From an uncultured Lentisphaeraceae bacterium (lineage in GTDB: Bacteria > Verrucomicrobiota > Kiritimatiellia > RFP12 > DVOR01): 64,000 nucleotides of DNA. Every line of letters begins with the position of its first letter. Position 1 is the stretch's first letter. The DNA is taken from positions 1-64,000 of the forward strand of contig CASDPK010000005.1 of NCBI GenBank assembly GCA_949282555.1, written 5' to 3'. This document shows, one piece after another, positions 28,851-41,491 of the stretch. The notes under the pieces were generated by a model. It made no database searches. It saw nothing but the letters and a program-made list of their open reading frames with translations, and had not been told where the DNA came from. The position numbers and the translations under genes are program-made.

Positions 28851-31364
28851 ATGGAGCGGAGTGGAAACGAGACGGCGGGAACAATGGATTTCGCCCGGCT
28901 CCCAACGTGGGCGTTGGACACCATGCTGGCCTGTGCCCGAGGCGCAGGGGCTTCGTCTCTCGCCGGGGCGCTGGAGGCCGTACGCAATGAGCGGCTCTTT
29001 GAGGACGCGCAGGACGAAGTGTGGTATGCCCGATTCCCACAGGTTCAGCGCGCCAAAGCCCGGGATCTTACGCCGCCGGAGGGGTGGTCTCCTGTTCAAG
29101 AAGAGACGCTGGAGGCCATTTTCGGCCCAGAAGGCGATCTCGCCCGTCTCTTCGATCGCTATGAGGCCCGCGTCGGCCAAACAGCGATGGCGCATGCCGT
29201 CGCCAAGGCTCTGAATGATCGCACCTTTCTGCTCGCGGAGGCCGGCACCGGCGTTGGCAAAAGCCTTGCTTATCTCGTTCCCTGTGCCCTGTGGGCGTGT
29301 GCGAACAATCTGCCCATCGTGATCTCCACCAACACCCGCAACCTCCAATCCCAACTTCTCCAAAAGGATCTACCGCTCGTGCGGCGCATCGTGGCGCGTC
29401 ATCTGCCCGCGGGTGTGACGCTGGATGCCGTGGTGCTGAAGGGCCGCAACAACTATCTCTGCCTGAAACGGTTTGGGGCCTTTGTGGAGGGAGGTTTTGA
29501 GGCCCTTCCGGAGCAGGAGGCAATCCTCTTCGCCGATCTTGTCGCTTGGGCGGCCACAACGCCCGATGGCGATTTGGACACGTTCCGCCCCAGCCATGCG
29601 CGTGGAGACATGGGGTTTGTCCGTTCGTTTGGATGCCGTTCTGATGAATGCACCGGGAAGAGTTGCCGATTCTATCGGCGGTGCTTTCTTCAACAGGCCC
29701 GCCAAGCCGCGCTACAAGCCCACCTCATCATCGCGAACCACGCACTTGTCTTCGCCGAGCTCACCAATCCCGGCACCCTCTTGCCTCCGCATGCGCAAGT
29801 GGTGTTTGACGAAGCGCACAATCTCGAAAATGCCGCCACCGACTTTCTCTCCGGTGAGCTGTCCTCTATCCTACTCTATGAATTCTGTCAGAAACTCGCC
29901 CCAAGTCGAGGCCGCGAGGCTGGCAGTCTCTTCCATCAAGCCCGTGTGGATTTCGTGGACAAAGCGGTACAAGACCCCGCGGAACGTGTAGAGCTCATCG
30001 CGTTGCTCGCAGACCTTCGCACCTGCGGCGTGACGCTGGCAAAGGCCGGCACCGACCTTTTCGGTACGCTGTGCGGATTCTTGGACAAAACGCCCGAAGC
30101 CACCGTGCGTTATCGTTCCGTTCCGGATGCCACCAAGCCTCCGCGCCCCAACGGACAACCGCAACTGAGACGCGAAGTCTGCCTCTCGGGAAGCGTCTTC
30201 CTCCCCGCAGAATCATTCGTCCCAGAAGCTGAACTCGTCGCCCGCCGCGATGCCATCAATCATGCGCTCAGCGAAGCGCACCGACTCCTTGAGAGATTGC
30301 TGGGGGCCATCGGGCGGAAATCGCCGCCCGCGGGGCAAGAGAATCCCTTTGAAGATCTCGTTGCCGCCACGCAGGCCGTGATGGAGGGGCTGGACGATTT
30401 CGGGCGAACCTTGGACGGGATTCTTGAGGGAGCCGACCCCAACACGGTTTATTGGTTGTGGCGTCCAACGCAAAATGAGCATGCGGCCGCGCTCACCGCC
30501 GCACCGCTCGATATTGCACGCCCGCTTTCCAAATTGCTTTACGCCACCAAGGAAACGTTGATTTTCTCTTCGGCCACCTTACGCATCCGAAACGACTTTG
30601 CCCACATCCGCCGACGCCTTGGCCTCAATTTCGTGGAACCGCGGGAGCGCGTCCGTGAGTTCGTGGCAGAGAGTCCCTTCGATTATCCCCGGCAATGTTG
30701 CGTGGCCGTGGCAGACTTTCTCCCGGAGGTCGTCACCGGCCAAGAATACACGCTAGAGCTTTCGCGCCTGATGTATCGTTTGTTCACCACCGCAAACGGT
30801 CGTTCGCTTGCGCTCTTCACCTCCTACGAAATGCTTCGCGCCTGCGCCGAGCACCTCACCCCACACTTGGAGGCAAAGGGAATTGACCTGCTTGTGCAGT
30901 CGCCTTCTCTCGGGCGCGATGCGATGACCGAAGCGTTCCGTGCCCAGACGCGCCCCACCGTCCTTTTCGGCACACAGAGCTTTTGGGAAGGCGTGGATGT
31001 CGTGGGCGACGCACTGTCCTGTGTCGTCATCGCCCGGCTTCCTTTCGAAAGCTATGGAGATCCGCTCTTTAAGGCCCGTTGCGAGAAGATCGACCGCGAA
31101 GGAGGATCTGCCTTCACGGAACTCTCCGTGCCACAGGCCGTCATCCGCTTCCGTCAGGGATTTGGGCGCCTAATCCGCAGTCGCTCCGATCGCGGCATGG
31201 TGGTCGTGGCCGATTCGCGCATTATCCGCAAAAGCTACGGAGGCGCCTTCGCCGGAGCCCTTCCCGTCAAGATAGAAGCGCTCCACTCACGGCCTGCGCT
31301 CATTGCCCGCCTGGCGACGCTCCTTCGGGAAGACCCTCGGTATCTCTCCAATCCCAACGCATAA
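28851..31364 (+). CDS. dinG: DinG/Rad3-family ATP-dependent DNA helicase with an Fe-S domain
   Basis: Walker A sequence AEAGTGVGKS, DEAH box VVFDEAHNLE, and the Cys cluster CLKRF...CRSDECTGKSCRFYRRC. Confidence 0.8.
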   Translation: MERSGNETAGTMDFARLPTWALDTMLACARGAGASSLAGALEAVRNERLFEDAQDEVWYARFPQVQRAKARDLTPPEGWSPVQEETLEAIFGPEGDLARLFDRYEARVGQTAMAHAVAKALNDRTFLLAEAGTGVGKSLAYLVPCALWACANNLPIVISTNTRNLQSQLLQKDLPLVRRIVARHLPAGVTLDAVVLKGRNNYLCLKRFGAFVEGGFEALPEQEAILFADLVAWAATTPDGDLDTFRPSHARGDMGFVRSFGCRSDECTGKSCRFYRRCFLQQARQAALQAHLIIANHALVFAELTNPGTLLPPHAQVVFDEAHNLENAATDFLSGELSSILLYEFCQKLAPSRGREAGSLFHQARVDFVDKAVQDPAERVELIALLADLRTCGVTLAKAGTDLFGTLCGFLDKTPEATVRYRSVPDATKPPRPNGQPQLRREVCLSGSVFLPAESFVPEAELVARRDAINHALSEAHRLLERLLGAIGRKSPPAGQENPFEDLVAATQAVMEGLDDFGRTLDGILEGADPNTVYWLWRPTQNEHAAALTAAPLDIARPLSKLLYATKETLIFSSATLRIRNDFAHIRRRLGLNFVEPRERVREFVAESPFDYPRQCCVAVADFLPEVVTGQEYTLELSRLMYRLFTTANGRSLALFTSYEMLRACAEHLTPHLEAKGIDLLVQSPSLGRDAMTEAFRAQTRPTVLFGTQSFWEGVDVVGDALSCVVIARLPFESYGDPLFKARCEKIDREGGSAFTELSVPQAVIRFRQGFGRLIRSRSDRGMVVVADSRIIRKSYGGAFAGALPVKIEALHSRPALIARLATLLREDPRYLSNPNA

Positions 31365-31375
31365 CGGTCAAACCA

Positions 31376-32743
31376 TCATCCCCGCAAATACGCGAGGACA
31401 TCCGCCACCATTCGGCGCGCATCGGCCAAGGCTCGGACAACAAGCGACGGTCCACTGACGCAGTCTCCGCAAGCGAAGCTGGCCACCTCCGGAGCCGACC
31501 CCTTGACCAATGCTTTTCCTTCCTGCCGGGGAAGTTTGTCGAGCAAGGATTGAGGCACCCCCACAAATCCCATCGCCAATAGGACAAGATCGGCCGAAAG
31601 GACACGCTCAGAGTTTGGAACCGAGGCAAAGGAGAGTGGCCGCCCAAAAGCGGACAGTTTCCACACCACATCGCGAACACGCACACCCGAAACCTGGCCG
31701 TTCACGCCCTCGAATGCAAGGCTCTCCACGTTCCATAGGCGTTCACATCCCTCTTCATGACTGGAAGAGGTACGTAGACGCCACGGCCAACGCGGCCAAG
31801 GTGTCGAGGCGGAACGCTCCTCCGGCGGACGTGGGAGGATCTCGATTTGCGTGATCGCTCGTGCACCCTGGCGGATGGCCGTGCCGACGCAATCGCTCCC
31901 CGTGTCCCCTCCGCCAATGACCAACACCTTGCGCCCCTCGGCAGAGATCGGCAAGACTGAACTCTCACCGGAACAGACACGATTTTGTCCGCGCAAGAAA
32001 TCAAGGGCAAAGTGGATTCCGCCAAGGTCCCGCCCCGGCACCGAGAGGTCGCGCGGCGCTCCGGCACCAACGGCCCAAATCACGGCATCATGACGTTTCG
32101 CGAGCCATTCCGGAGAGACATCACGCCCAACCTCCGTGCCCGTGACAAAGCGAATCCCTTCTGCTTCCATTAGGGCAATACGGCGGGCGACAATCGTCTT
32201 ATCGAGCTTAAAGTCAGGGATTCCATAACGAAGAAGCCCTCCAGGGAAACGATCCCGTTCATAAACGGTGACGGAGACCCCCGCACGATTGAGTCCTTCC
32301 GCGACGGCAAGGCCCGCCGGACCAGAGCCCACAACGGCCACCCGTTTTCCCACACGCTCGGCAGGGAGGACCGGCTTCACCCATCCCTTCTCCCATGCGG
32401 TATCGGAAATGTGGCGCTCCAAAGCGCGAATCGAAACGGGGGCCTCCCCGTCCATTCCTCGCGTACACGAACCCTCACAGAGTGCCGGGCAAATCCGCGA
32501 CGTAAACTCCGGAAAAAGATCCGTGCGTGAAAGCAGAGCGTAAGCCAAAGCCTCATCTCCGGCGGCAACCGCCGCGTTGGTTTCGGGAATGACGTTCGCC
32601 AGCGGGCACCCCATTCCATGGCAAAAAGGAAGCCCGCACGCCATGCAAGCCCGAGCATGCACAGCGGCCTCCTCTGCCAGAAGCGGGAGCTCCACTTCGT
32701 TCCAATCAAGGCGGCGCTCGGAAATCGGACGATAACGGTTCAT
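31376..32743 (-). CDS. gltD: Glutamate synthase (NADPH) small subunit
   Basis: N-terminal Fe-S Cys motifs (CMACGLPFCH...CPLAN), then FAD/NAD Rossmann motifs VAVVGSGPAGLA and VLVIGGGDTGSDC. Confidence 0.9.
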   Translation of the reverse strand: MNRYRPISERRLDWNEVELPLLAEEAAVHARACMACGLPFCHGMGCPLANVIPETNAAVAAGDEALAYALLSRTDLFPEFTSRICPALCEGSCTRGMDGEAPVSIRALERHISDTAWEKGWVKPVLPAERVGKRVAVVGSGPAGLAVAEGLNRAGVSVTVYERDRFPGGLLRYGIPDFKLDKTIVARRIALMEAEGIRFVTGTEVGRDVSPEWLAKRHDAVIWAVGAGAPRDLSVPGRDLGGIHFALDFLRGQNRVCSGESSVLPISAEGRKVLVIGGGDTGSDCVGTAIRQGARAITQIEILPRPPEERSASTPWPRWPWRLRTSSSHEEGCERLWNVESLAFEGVNGQVSGVRVRDVVWKLSAFGRPLSFASVPNSERVLSADLVLLAMGFVGVPQSLLDKLPRQEGKALVKGSAPEVASFACGDCVSGPSLVVRALADARRMVADVLAYLRG

Positions 32744-32757
32744 CGCACTGCTCCTCT

Positions 32758-35700
32758 TCAGTGATTCGGCATGACGCGCCCAAGGACACGACGGTATTCT
32801 ACGGGGAAGACCCGGACAAACCGGGGAAGCCAATCCCCTAGAGCCTCCATGATCCGACGCCCCTTGGGGCTCCCGGTCGCCGCGACATGGGCCGCAATCA
32901 AGGCGCGGAGTTCTTCAGCGGCTTCACTTCCAGGCTCCACGTTTTCGAGGTCAACGCTCTCCAGATTGCACCGGAGGTCAAAATCCCCCGTCTCATCGAG
33001 CACATACGCCAAGCCTCCGGTCATGCCCGCGGCGAAGTTACCGCCCGTCGGGCCAAGCACCAAGACCCGGCCGCCCGTCATGTACTCACATCCATGATCC
33101 CCGGTTCCTTCGCACGTGAGCGTGGCACCGGAATTCCGAATCGCAAAGCGTTCGCCCACAAGTCCGCCGATAAAGATCTTCCCGGCCGTGGCACCGTAGC
33201 CAATGACATTCCCGGCCACGACATTCGCCTCCGGCACAAATCCATCGACCACCGGAGGCCTCACAATGACCGTACCTCCGGAGAGCCCCTTGCCCACGTA
33301 ATCGTTGGCCTCACCCTCAAGGTCAAGTGTGACGCCCGCCGTGAGGAATGCCCCAAGGCTCTGCCCCGCGACCCCATGCAAGTGCGCCGTGAGCGTGCCT
33401 TCCGGCAAGCCCTCCCCTCCAAAATGGGCGGCGATTTCTCCGGCGAGCCCGGTCCCAACGGAACGATCCGTGTTCCGGACATCAAACGAGGCCTCTTGCG
33501 GCACAGGTTCCAAGCGGAAAGCGGGAATCAATTGTTCCCTGTCGAAGGTTCCCGCAGGCTCTTTCGCTTCGACCGGTTCCGGGGCGGAAGGCGTAACATG
33601 ACGAAAGACGGCCGAGAAATCCAATGCGGCGGCCTTTCCGATGGACGCTTCCGGATCGACGCACAGCAAATCCGATCGGCCACAAGCCTCGTCAAGGCTG
33701 CGCAATCCAAGCGACGCCAGCGTTTCGCGTGCCTCACGTGCCACAGACCGCAGGAAATTCACGATGTACTCCGGCTTCCCGGCAAACCGCTTGCGCAGTT
33801 CCGGATCTTGTGTCGCCACGCCGGCAGGACAGGTATTGCTGTGGCAGACGCGCATCATCACACAGCCCAGGCAGACAAGAATGGTCGTGGCAAATCCAAA
33901 CTCCTGTGCGCCCAGCAGCGCACCGATGACCACGTCGCGCCCTGTTCGGAGCTGACCATCCACCTGAAGACGCACGCGGTTGCGCAATCGGTTGAGCACG
34001 AGCGTCTGATGTGTCTCGGCAAGTCCCAATTCCCACGGCATTCCGGCATGGTGAATGGAGGAAAGCGGCGATGCGCCTGTTCCCCCGTCGTGCCCCGCCA
34101 CGAGAATGACGTCCGCATGTGCCTTGGCCACGCCAGCCGCGACTGTGCCCACGCCGGCTTCCGACACGAGCTTGACGGAGATCCGAGCCTTTGGATTGAC
34201 CGTGCGGAGATCGTAAATCAGTTGCGCCAAATCCTCAATGGAGTAAATGTCATGATGCGGCGGCGGCGAAATGAGCGTGAGCCCGGGCACGGCATGGCGA
34301 AGACGTGCCACAAAGGCATCCACCTTGTGCCCGGGGAGCTGCCCACCCTCACCGGGCTTGGCCCCCTGGGCCATCTTGATTTGGAGATCGCGGGCATGGC
34401 GAAGATAATCCGCCGTCACCCCAAAGCGTCCCGAAGCCACCTGCTTGATGGCGCTTCCCCGCTCGGTTCCGAACCGTTCGGCATTCTCACCGCCTTCACC
34501 GGAATTGCTCATTGCGCCAATGGCGTTCATGGCCCGGGCAATGGTCTCATGGGCCTCCGGGCTCAGCGACCCAAGGCTCATGGCTCCGGAAACGAAATGG
34601 CGCAAGATCGCCTCCTCTGGCTCCACCTCCTCCAGCGGGATCGCCTGCGTCGGAACGAACCCGAAACATCCACGCAACGTGCAAAGTCGGTGTGCCTGAT
34701 GGTCAATCGCGTCGGAATAGCGCCGAAAAAGCGTATAGTCCCCCTCTCGCACGGCTTGACGGAAATCCGCCAAAGATTGTGGCGTCCATAGATGGCGTTC
34801 GCCATCCGCCCGCCACTGATGCTCACCTCCGGCGGGAAGAATCGGCCCTTTGGCCTGCGGTGCGGCCTCTCCGCCCTCTCCATGGGACAACCCATTGCGA
34901 CGATTCGCATCACGCGCGACATCGTCAAGCCCAATGCCGCCAATCCGGCTGACCGTTCCCGGAAGATAGCGGGAAACCAGCTCTTCCCCAAGGCCGACAG
35001 CCTCGAAAAGCTGCGCAGAGCGATAGGAGCGGAGCGTTGAGATGCCCATCTTGGACATCACCTTGAGAATCCCTTTATCCACCGCGCGGATATAGTTGCC
35101 CGTCGCCGTGACAGGATCGCATCCCGTAAGGCCGCGCGCGGAGAGGTCCGCCACCGTCGCCAATGCAAGCCAAGGATGAATGGCCGTGGCGCCATAGCCC
35201 AGCAGAAGCGCAAAGTGCATGACCTCACGCACCTCACCGGACTGCACCACCAGTCCCGTTTCCGAGCGCAAACCCGCCTCCGTGAGGGCCCGATTGACCG
35301 CGGCAACGGCCAAAAGCGAGGGGATTGGCGCCTCTTCGGCGCTAAGATCCCGGTCTGAAAGGATCACGATCCGATGTTCCCGCGCGGCAGAGACCGCCTC
35401 GTCAGCCAATCGCTCCAGTGCGTCAGCCAAAGCGATCCCATCGCCTCCCGCAGGGAAGGCCAAGCGCAACGTGACAGGCCTAAACTCTTCCGCACCCACA
35501 CGCCCAAGGTGTTCAAGCTCGGCATCCGTCAGCACCGGGCGACGCATCTTGATCAGGCGGGCGTGGGCCGGCGTCTCCGCAAGAATGTTGGCCCGATTGC
35601 CGACATAGGTCATCAAGCTCATGACCGAGCGTTCGCGGATAGGATCGATGGGCGGATTGGTGACTTGCGCGAAGCGTTGCTTGAAGTAATCGAACAGGAG

Positions 35701-37206
35701 GCGAGGCCGATCGGAAAGCACGGCCAATGCGGCATCGTTGCCCATGGAGCCGACGGGTTCCTGCCCCTGCGTCGCCATCGGGCGAAGAATCGTGGAAACG
35801 TCCTCCCGCGTGTAACCGAAACGCAGCTGACGTTCGGCAAGATCGCCGGGCACCGCCTCGGGAGCCGTCTCCCGGAAAAGGCCATCCACCGTGATACGGT
35901 TCTCCTCCACCCATCGACGATACGGACGGCGCCGTGCGACGTGGGCCTTGATTTCCGCATCATTCAGCAAGCGATGGGCCTCCAAATCCAGCCAAAGCAT
36001 CTCTCCGGGACGCAACCGTCCACGGCGGGCGACGGCCTCCGGCGGGAAATCAAGCACGCCCGTTTCGGAAGCCAACACAAACGTGCCATCTTTGCACAGC
36101 GTGTATCGGGCAGGGCGCAGGCCATTGCGATCCAAGACCGCACCTGCGCGCACACCATCGGAAAAGACGGCCGCCGCCGGTCCGTCCCACGGCTCCATCA
36201 GTGCCGAATGATATTCCAAAAAGCCGCGCACATCATTGCCCATGGCGTGTGTCGGCCCCCATGCCTGCGGCATCAGCATCAGCATGGCATGGGGCAACTC
36301 CCGCCCCGCCCGAACAAGCAATTCCAACATATTGTCAAGGCAAGCGGAGTCCGACTGCCCCGGCGGCACCAGCGGAAGCACCTTGGCCAAATCGACCCCG
36401 AACAATGGACTCTCAAAGCCACCTTCCCGTGCGCGGAGCGCGTTGAGGTTCCCGCGCAACGTGTTGATCTCACCATTGTGCGCAAGCAGACGGAAGGGTT
36501 GCGCGAGGTTCCATGTGGGGAAGGTGTTGGTGCTGTAACGCTGATGGGCAAGCACCAACGCGGAAGCGAAATCCTCCGCCCTCAAATCCTCGTAAAAGGC
36601 GTCCAACTGATGCGCCAGCAACAACCCTTTGTAAACCACACTCCGTGCGGACAGACTGCAAACGTACAAATCCTCACCCAACGCCTTCTCCAACCGCCGC
36701 CGGGCGACAAACAGTTTCCGCTCGAACGCCTCCCCTTGTCCCGTCAACGCCTCCCCCGTGGATTCCGCCACAAACACTTGGCGGATTCTGGGACAGGTGG
36801 CGCGGGCAGAACGCCCAATGGCCTCGGGATGGATTGGGACCTCACGCCATGCGAGCGTCTTCAACCCCTCCTCCGCCAAAAGGGCCTCCATCTGTGCCTC
36901 CCGGCCTTCCCCGCCAAACACCATCGCCACGCCATAGGTTCCCGGGGAGGGAAGATGGGGAAGACGTGCGCGGAAAAAGGCATCCGGCAGGGCAACCAAA
37001 ATGCCCGCACCGTCCCCCGTCTCGGGGTCCCACCCCGCCGCACCGCGATGCGTCAGCCGCCGAAGCACCGTCAATCCCTGTTCCACGATCCGATGGCTGG
37101 GATGGTTATTAAGGTCAGCCACCATCCCCACGCCGCACGCATCGTGCTCATTTTGTGGATCATAGAGGCCCTGTCGAGGCGGAAAACTGGTCGATTGTCC
37201 GTACAT
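32758..37206 (-). CDS. gltB: Glutamate synthase large subunit
   Basis: 1482 aa. Ntn amidotransferase start ...HDACGVG, FMN and Fe-S central domains, and a C-terminal GXXG repeat domain. Confidence 0.95.
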   Translation of the reverse strand: MYGQSTSFPPRQGLYDPQNEHDACGVGMVADLNNHPSHRIVEQGLTVLRRLTHRGAAGWDPETGDGAGILVALPDAFFRARLPHLPSPGTYGVAMVFGGEGREAQMEALLAEEGLKTLAWREVPIHPEAIGRSARATCPRIRQVFVAESTGEALTGQGEAFERKLFVARRRLEKALGEDLYVCSLSARSVVYKGLLLAHQLDAFYEDLRAEDFASALVLAHQRYSTNTFPTWNLAQPFRLLAHNGEINTLRGNLNALRAREGGFESPLFGVDLAKVLPLVPPGQSDSACLDNMLELLVRAGRELPHAMLMLMPQAWGPTHAMGNDVRGFLEYHSALMEPWDGPAAAVFSDGVRAGAVLDRNGLRPARYTLCKDGTFVLASETGVLDFPPEAVARRGRLRPGEMLWLDLEAHRLLNDAEIKAHVARRRPYRRWVEENRITVDGLFRETAPEAVPGDLAERQLRFGYTREDVSTILRPMATQGQEPVGSMGNDAALAVLSDRPRLLFDYFKQRFAQVTNPPIDPIRERSVMSLMTYVGNRANILAETPAHARLIKMRRPVLTDAELEHLGRVGAEEFRPVTLRLAFPAGGDGIALADALERLADEAVSAAREHRIVILSDRDLSAEEAPIPSLLAVAAVNRALTEAGLRSETGLVVQSGEVREVMHFALLLGYGATAIHPWLALATVADLSARGLTGCDPVTATGNYIRAVDKGILKVMSKMGISTLRSYRSAQLFEAVGLGEELVSRYLPGTVSRIGGIGLDDVARDANRRNGLSHGEGGEAAPQAKGPILPAGGEHQWRADGERHLWTPQSLADFRQAVREGDYTLFRRYSDAIDHQAHRLCTLRGCFGFVPTQAIPLEEVEPEEAILRHFVSGAMSLGSLSPEAHETIARAMNAIGAMSNSGEGGENAERFGTERGSAIKQVASGRFGVTADYLRHARDLQIKMAQGAKPGEGGQLPGHKVDAFVARLRHAVPGLTLISPPPHHDIYSIEDLAQLIYDLRTVNPKARISVKLVSEAGVGTVAAGVAKAHADVILVAGHDGGTGASPLSSIHHAGMPWELGLAETHQTLVLNRLRNRVRLQVDGQLRTGRDVVIGALLGAQEFGFATTILVCLGCVMMRVCHSNTCPAGVATQDPELRKRFAGKPEYIVNFLRSVAREARETLASLGLRSLDEACGRSDLLCVDPEASIGKAAALDFSAVFRHVTPSAPEPVEAKEPAGTFDREQLIPAFRLEPVPQEASFDVRNTDRSVGTGLAGEIAAHFGGEGLPEGTLTAHLHGVAGQSLGAFLTAGVTLDLEGEANDYVGKGLSGGTVIVRPPVVDGFVPEANVVAGNVIGYGATAGKIFIGGLVGERFAIRNSGATLTCEGTGDHGCEYMTGGRVLVLGPTGGNFAAGMTGGLAYVLDETGDFDLRCNLESVDLENVEPGSEAAEELRALIAAHVAATGSPKGRRIMEALGDWLPRFVRVFPVEYRRVLGRVMPNH

Positions 37207-37486
37207 GGGATTCCTTTCTAGTCGTTCCCCTCTCTTGCAACATCCATGCCAAACCTCTCCTGCCCCATCCTTTCGGGGCTACAGCACGCCCTCCTCCCGT
37301 TCAAAAAGAACAAAATTGTAATACCCCAATCTACCGCCAAAAGACAACGCCCACACAACCCCCGAGAAATCAAATGGAAGGCTTCCCGGTTTACAAAAAC
37401 GAAATATCATATATAAGGAATTACATAACTGTAATTCCCACCTTTTCCCAACCGGGAGCTCTTCCATTCATAACCGATCCTTATAG

Positions 37487-37545
37487 GAGAGGCTCCGTAT
37501 CACAACGTGCGATACGGAGCCTCTCGTGTCGGGATACGGAGGGTT
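37487..37545. promoter_or_regulatory. Perfect 15-bp inverted repeat GAGAGGCTCCGTATC-N9-GATACGGAGCCTCTC plus a third half-site, in the gltB/glnA divergent intergenic region
   Basis: Read directly from the sequence. The same 15-mer with reverse-complement partners recurs at about 56984-57062. Confidence 0.5.
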
Positions 37546-37690
37546 TCCAAATCCCTTGCACTGGGACGGGAATCAAAAAACACCGTTTATTTTCCCCTCT
37601 CCCCAACGTTTGGCACGCCCATTGCAAAGAATGTTGTCGGACACATTTCCACAACAGAATGCCTCCGACCAACCCCAACCCAAGGAAGCC

Positions 37691-39757
<2,067 letters not shown>

Positions 39758-39766
39758 GTCCGCGCC

Positions 39767-41491
39767 ATGTCCGACCCTCTGAAACATGAATGCGGCGTGG
39801 CGCTCCTCCGGCTCCGGAAGGATGCGGCCTATTACGAAAAGAAGTACGAAACGCGTTCGTACGGCTTTCAGAAGGTCGCCCTTATGCTGGAGAAGCAACA
39901 CAACCGGGGCCAGGACGGTGCGGGCCTTGCGTGCCTCCACCTCCACCCCGGGCAGGGCCGCCCCTGTTACGATCTGGAGCGTTCGGTAGCCCCACTTCCC
40001 CTTGCCGATCTGATCGCACGGTGCAGCCGTCGCCTCTCCGAAGACCCCCTCGCCTTCCGCGGGGAGGTCTTTCTCGGTCATCTGCGCTATGCCACCTTTG
40101 GACGACATGACCTCTCGGCCTGCCACCCCTTTGTCCGAGACAGTGCCTTCCTTGACCGCCTGCTCCTGCTTGCGGGAAACTTCAACCTCACCGACACCCG
40201 CGAACTCTCCGAAGCTCTCGCCGCCTCCGGCCACCATCTGCCCAGCACCGCCGATGGCGCGGTGATTTTGCAATGCCTCACCCACGCACTGGAGCGTGAA
40301 CGTTCCCGCCACGGGGATTTGCGCGGGTTGGCTCCTATCCTACGCGCCGCGGCAAGCCGATTCGATGGAGCCTTCGTTCTCTGCGGCACCACCGGGCAAG
40401 GCGATGCCTTCGCCCTGCGCGATGCCAATGGCATCCGACCGGCCTACTATTACGTGGACGAGGAAGTGGCCGTGGTTGCCTCCGAGCGGCCCGCCATCCA
40501 AGCGGCGTTTGATCGCCCCACAGGAGAGGTCCACGAGTTGCCTCCCGGCAAGGCCTTGCTCATTCATCCCAACGGCACGGTGGAGCTTCAGGACTGCCTC
40601 GACCCCGCCCCACGCCGAGCGTGTGTCTTTGAGCGCATCTATTTCTCCCGTGCCAACGATGCCGAAATCCACGCCGAGCGCAAACACTTGGGCCACGCAC
40701 TCGTGCCGCAGATTGTCCGCGCGCTCGGCGGCGATTTGGGACATGCCTTCGTCAGTTACATCCCGAACTCCGCGCAAGTCTGCTTCCACGGGCTCTTGGA
40801 AGCGCTCTTGGCCGTGGCATTGCACGATGGGCACACCGTCCGCTTCGGGCAAGTGGCGGTGAAAGACGCGAAGTTTCGCACGTTCATCGCCGATGCCGAG
40901 GCTCGCAAAGGGCTTGCCATGCACGTCTACGACGTCACCTACGGGCTCGTGCGGCCCGGTTCGGACACGCTCGTGGTGCTCGATGACTCTATTGTGCGCG
41001 GGAACACGATGCGCAACGCCATCCTGCCTGTGCTCGACCGTCTTGGCCCCAAACACATCATTGTGGCCAGTTCGGCCCCGCCGGTCCTTTATCCCGATTG
41101 TTACGGTATCGACATGGCCACGCTCCGCGAGTTGGTCGCCTTCAACGCACTGGTTGATTGCCTGCCCGAAGGCGCCCTCGCAGACGCTTATGCCGAAGCT
41201 CGCCGACAATTGGCCCTGCCCGCGGCAGAACAGAGCAACGTGTTGCGTTCGCTCTATGCCCTCGTGCCTTTACCCACCCTTATTGAAGCCATCGCCCGGC
41301 GTCTGCGCCCCGAAGGCTTGCGTGCCGGTTTGACGCTTGTCTTCCAAACGGCGGAGGATCTCCGGCGTTGCTGCCCGAACCACACGGGAGACTGGTACTT
41401 CACGGGCGATTATCCCACCCCCGGCGGCGTGCAAGTGGCCAATCGTGCCCTCGTCAACTACATGGAGCATCGCGATGAACGCGCTTACTGA
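39767..41491 (+). CDS. purF: Amidophosphoribosyltransferase-like protein (class-II glutamine amidotransferase plus PRTase), with an N-terminal propeptide
   Basis: ...KHECGVALL (Cys after a short propeptide, as in Bacillus-type PurF), the PRTase motif VVLDDSIVRGNTMRN, and a C-terminal SSAPPVLYPDCYGID Fe-S-type motif. At 574 aa it is longer than canonical PurF. Confidence 0.6.
   Translation: MSDPLKHECGVALLRLRKDAAYYEKKYETRSYGFQKVALMLEKQHNRGQDGAGLACLHLHPGQGRPCYDLERSVAPLPLADLIARCSRRLSEDPLAFRGEVFLGHLRYATFGRHDLSACHPFVRDSAFLDRLLLLAGNFNLTDTRELSEALAASGHHLPSTADGAVILQCLTHALERERSRHGDLRGLAPILRAAASRFDGAFVLCGTTGQGDAFALRDANGIRPAYYYVDEEVAVVASERPAIQAAFDRPTGEVHELPPGKALLIHPNGTVELQDCLDPAPRRACVFERIYFSRANDAEIHAERKHLGHALVPQIVRALGGDLGHAFVSYIPNSAQVCFHGLLEALLAVALHDGHTVRFGQVAVKDAKFRTFIADAEARKGLAMHVYDVTYGLVRPGSDTLVVLDDSIVRGNTMRNAILPVLDRLGPKHIIVASSAPPVLYPDCYGIDMATLRELVAFNALVDCLPEGALADAYAEARRQLALPAAEQSNVLRSLYALVPLPTLIEAIARRLRPEGLRAGLTLVFQTAEDLRRCCPNHTGDWYFTGDYPTPGGVQVANRALVNYMEHRDERAY

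Noticed and set aside
35374-37221. 615-aa plus-strand ORF
   Set aside because: Antisense to gltB.
37487-37545. Palindrome as a glutamine riboswitch or NtcA site
   Set aside because: The sequence does not match the glnA-RNA motif as I remember it, nor the GTA-N8-TAC spacing of NtcA. I kept it only as a generic operator or hairpin candidate.
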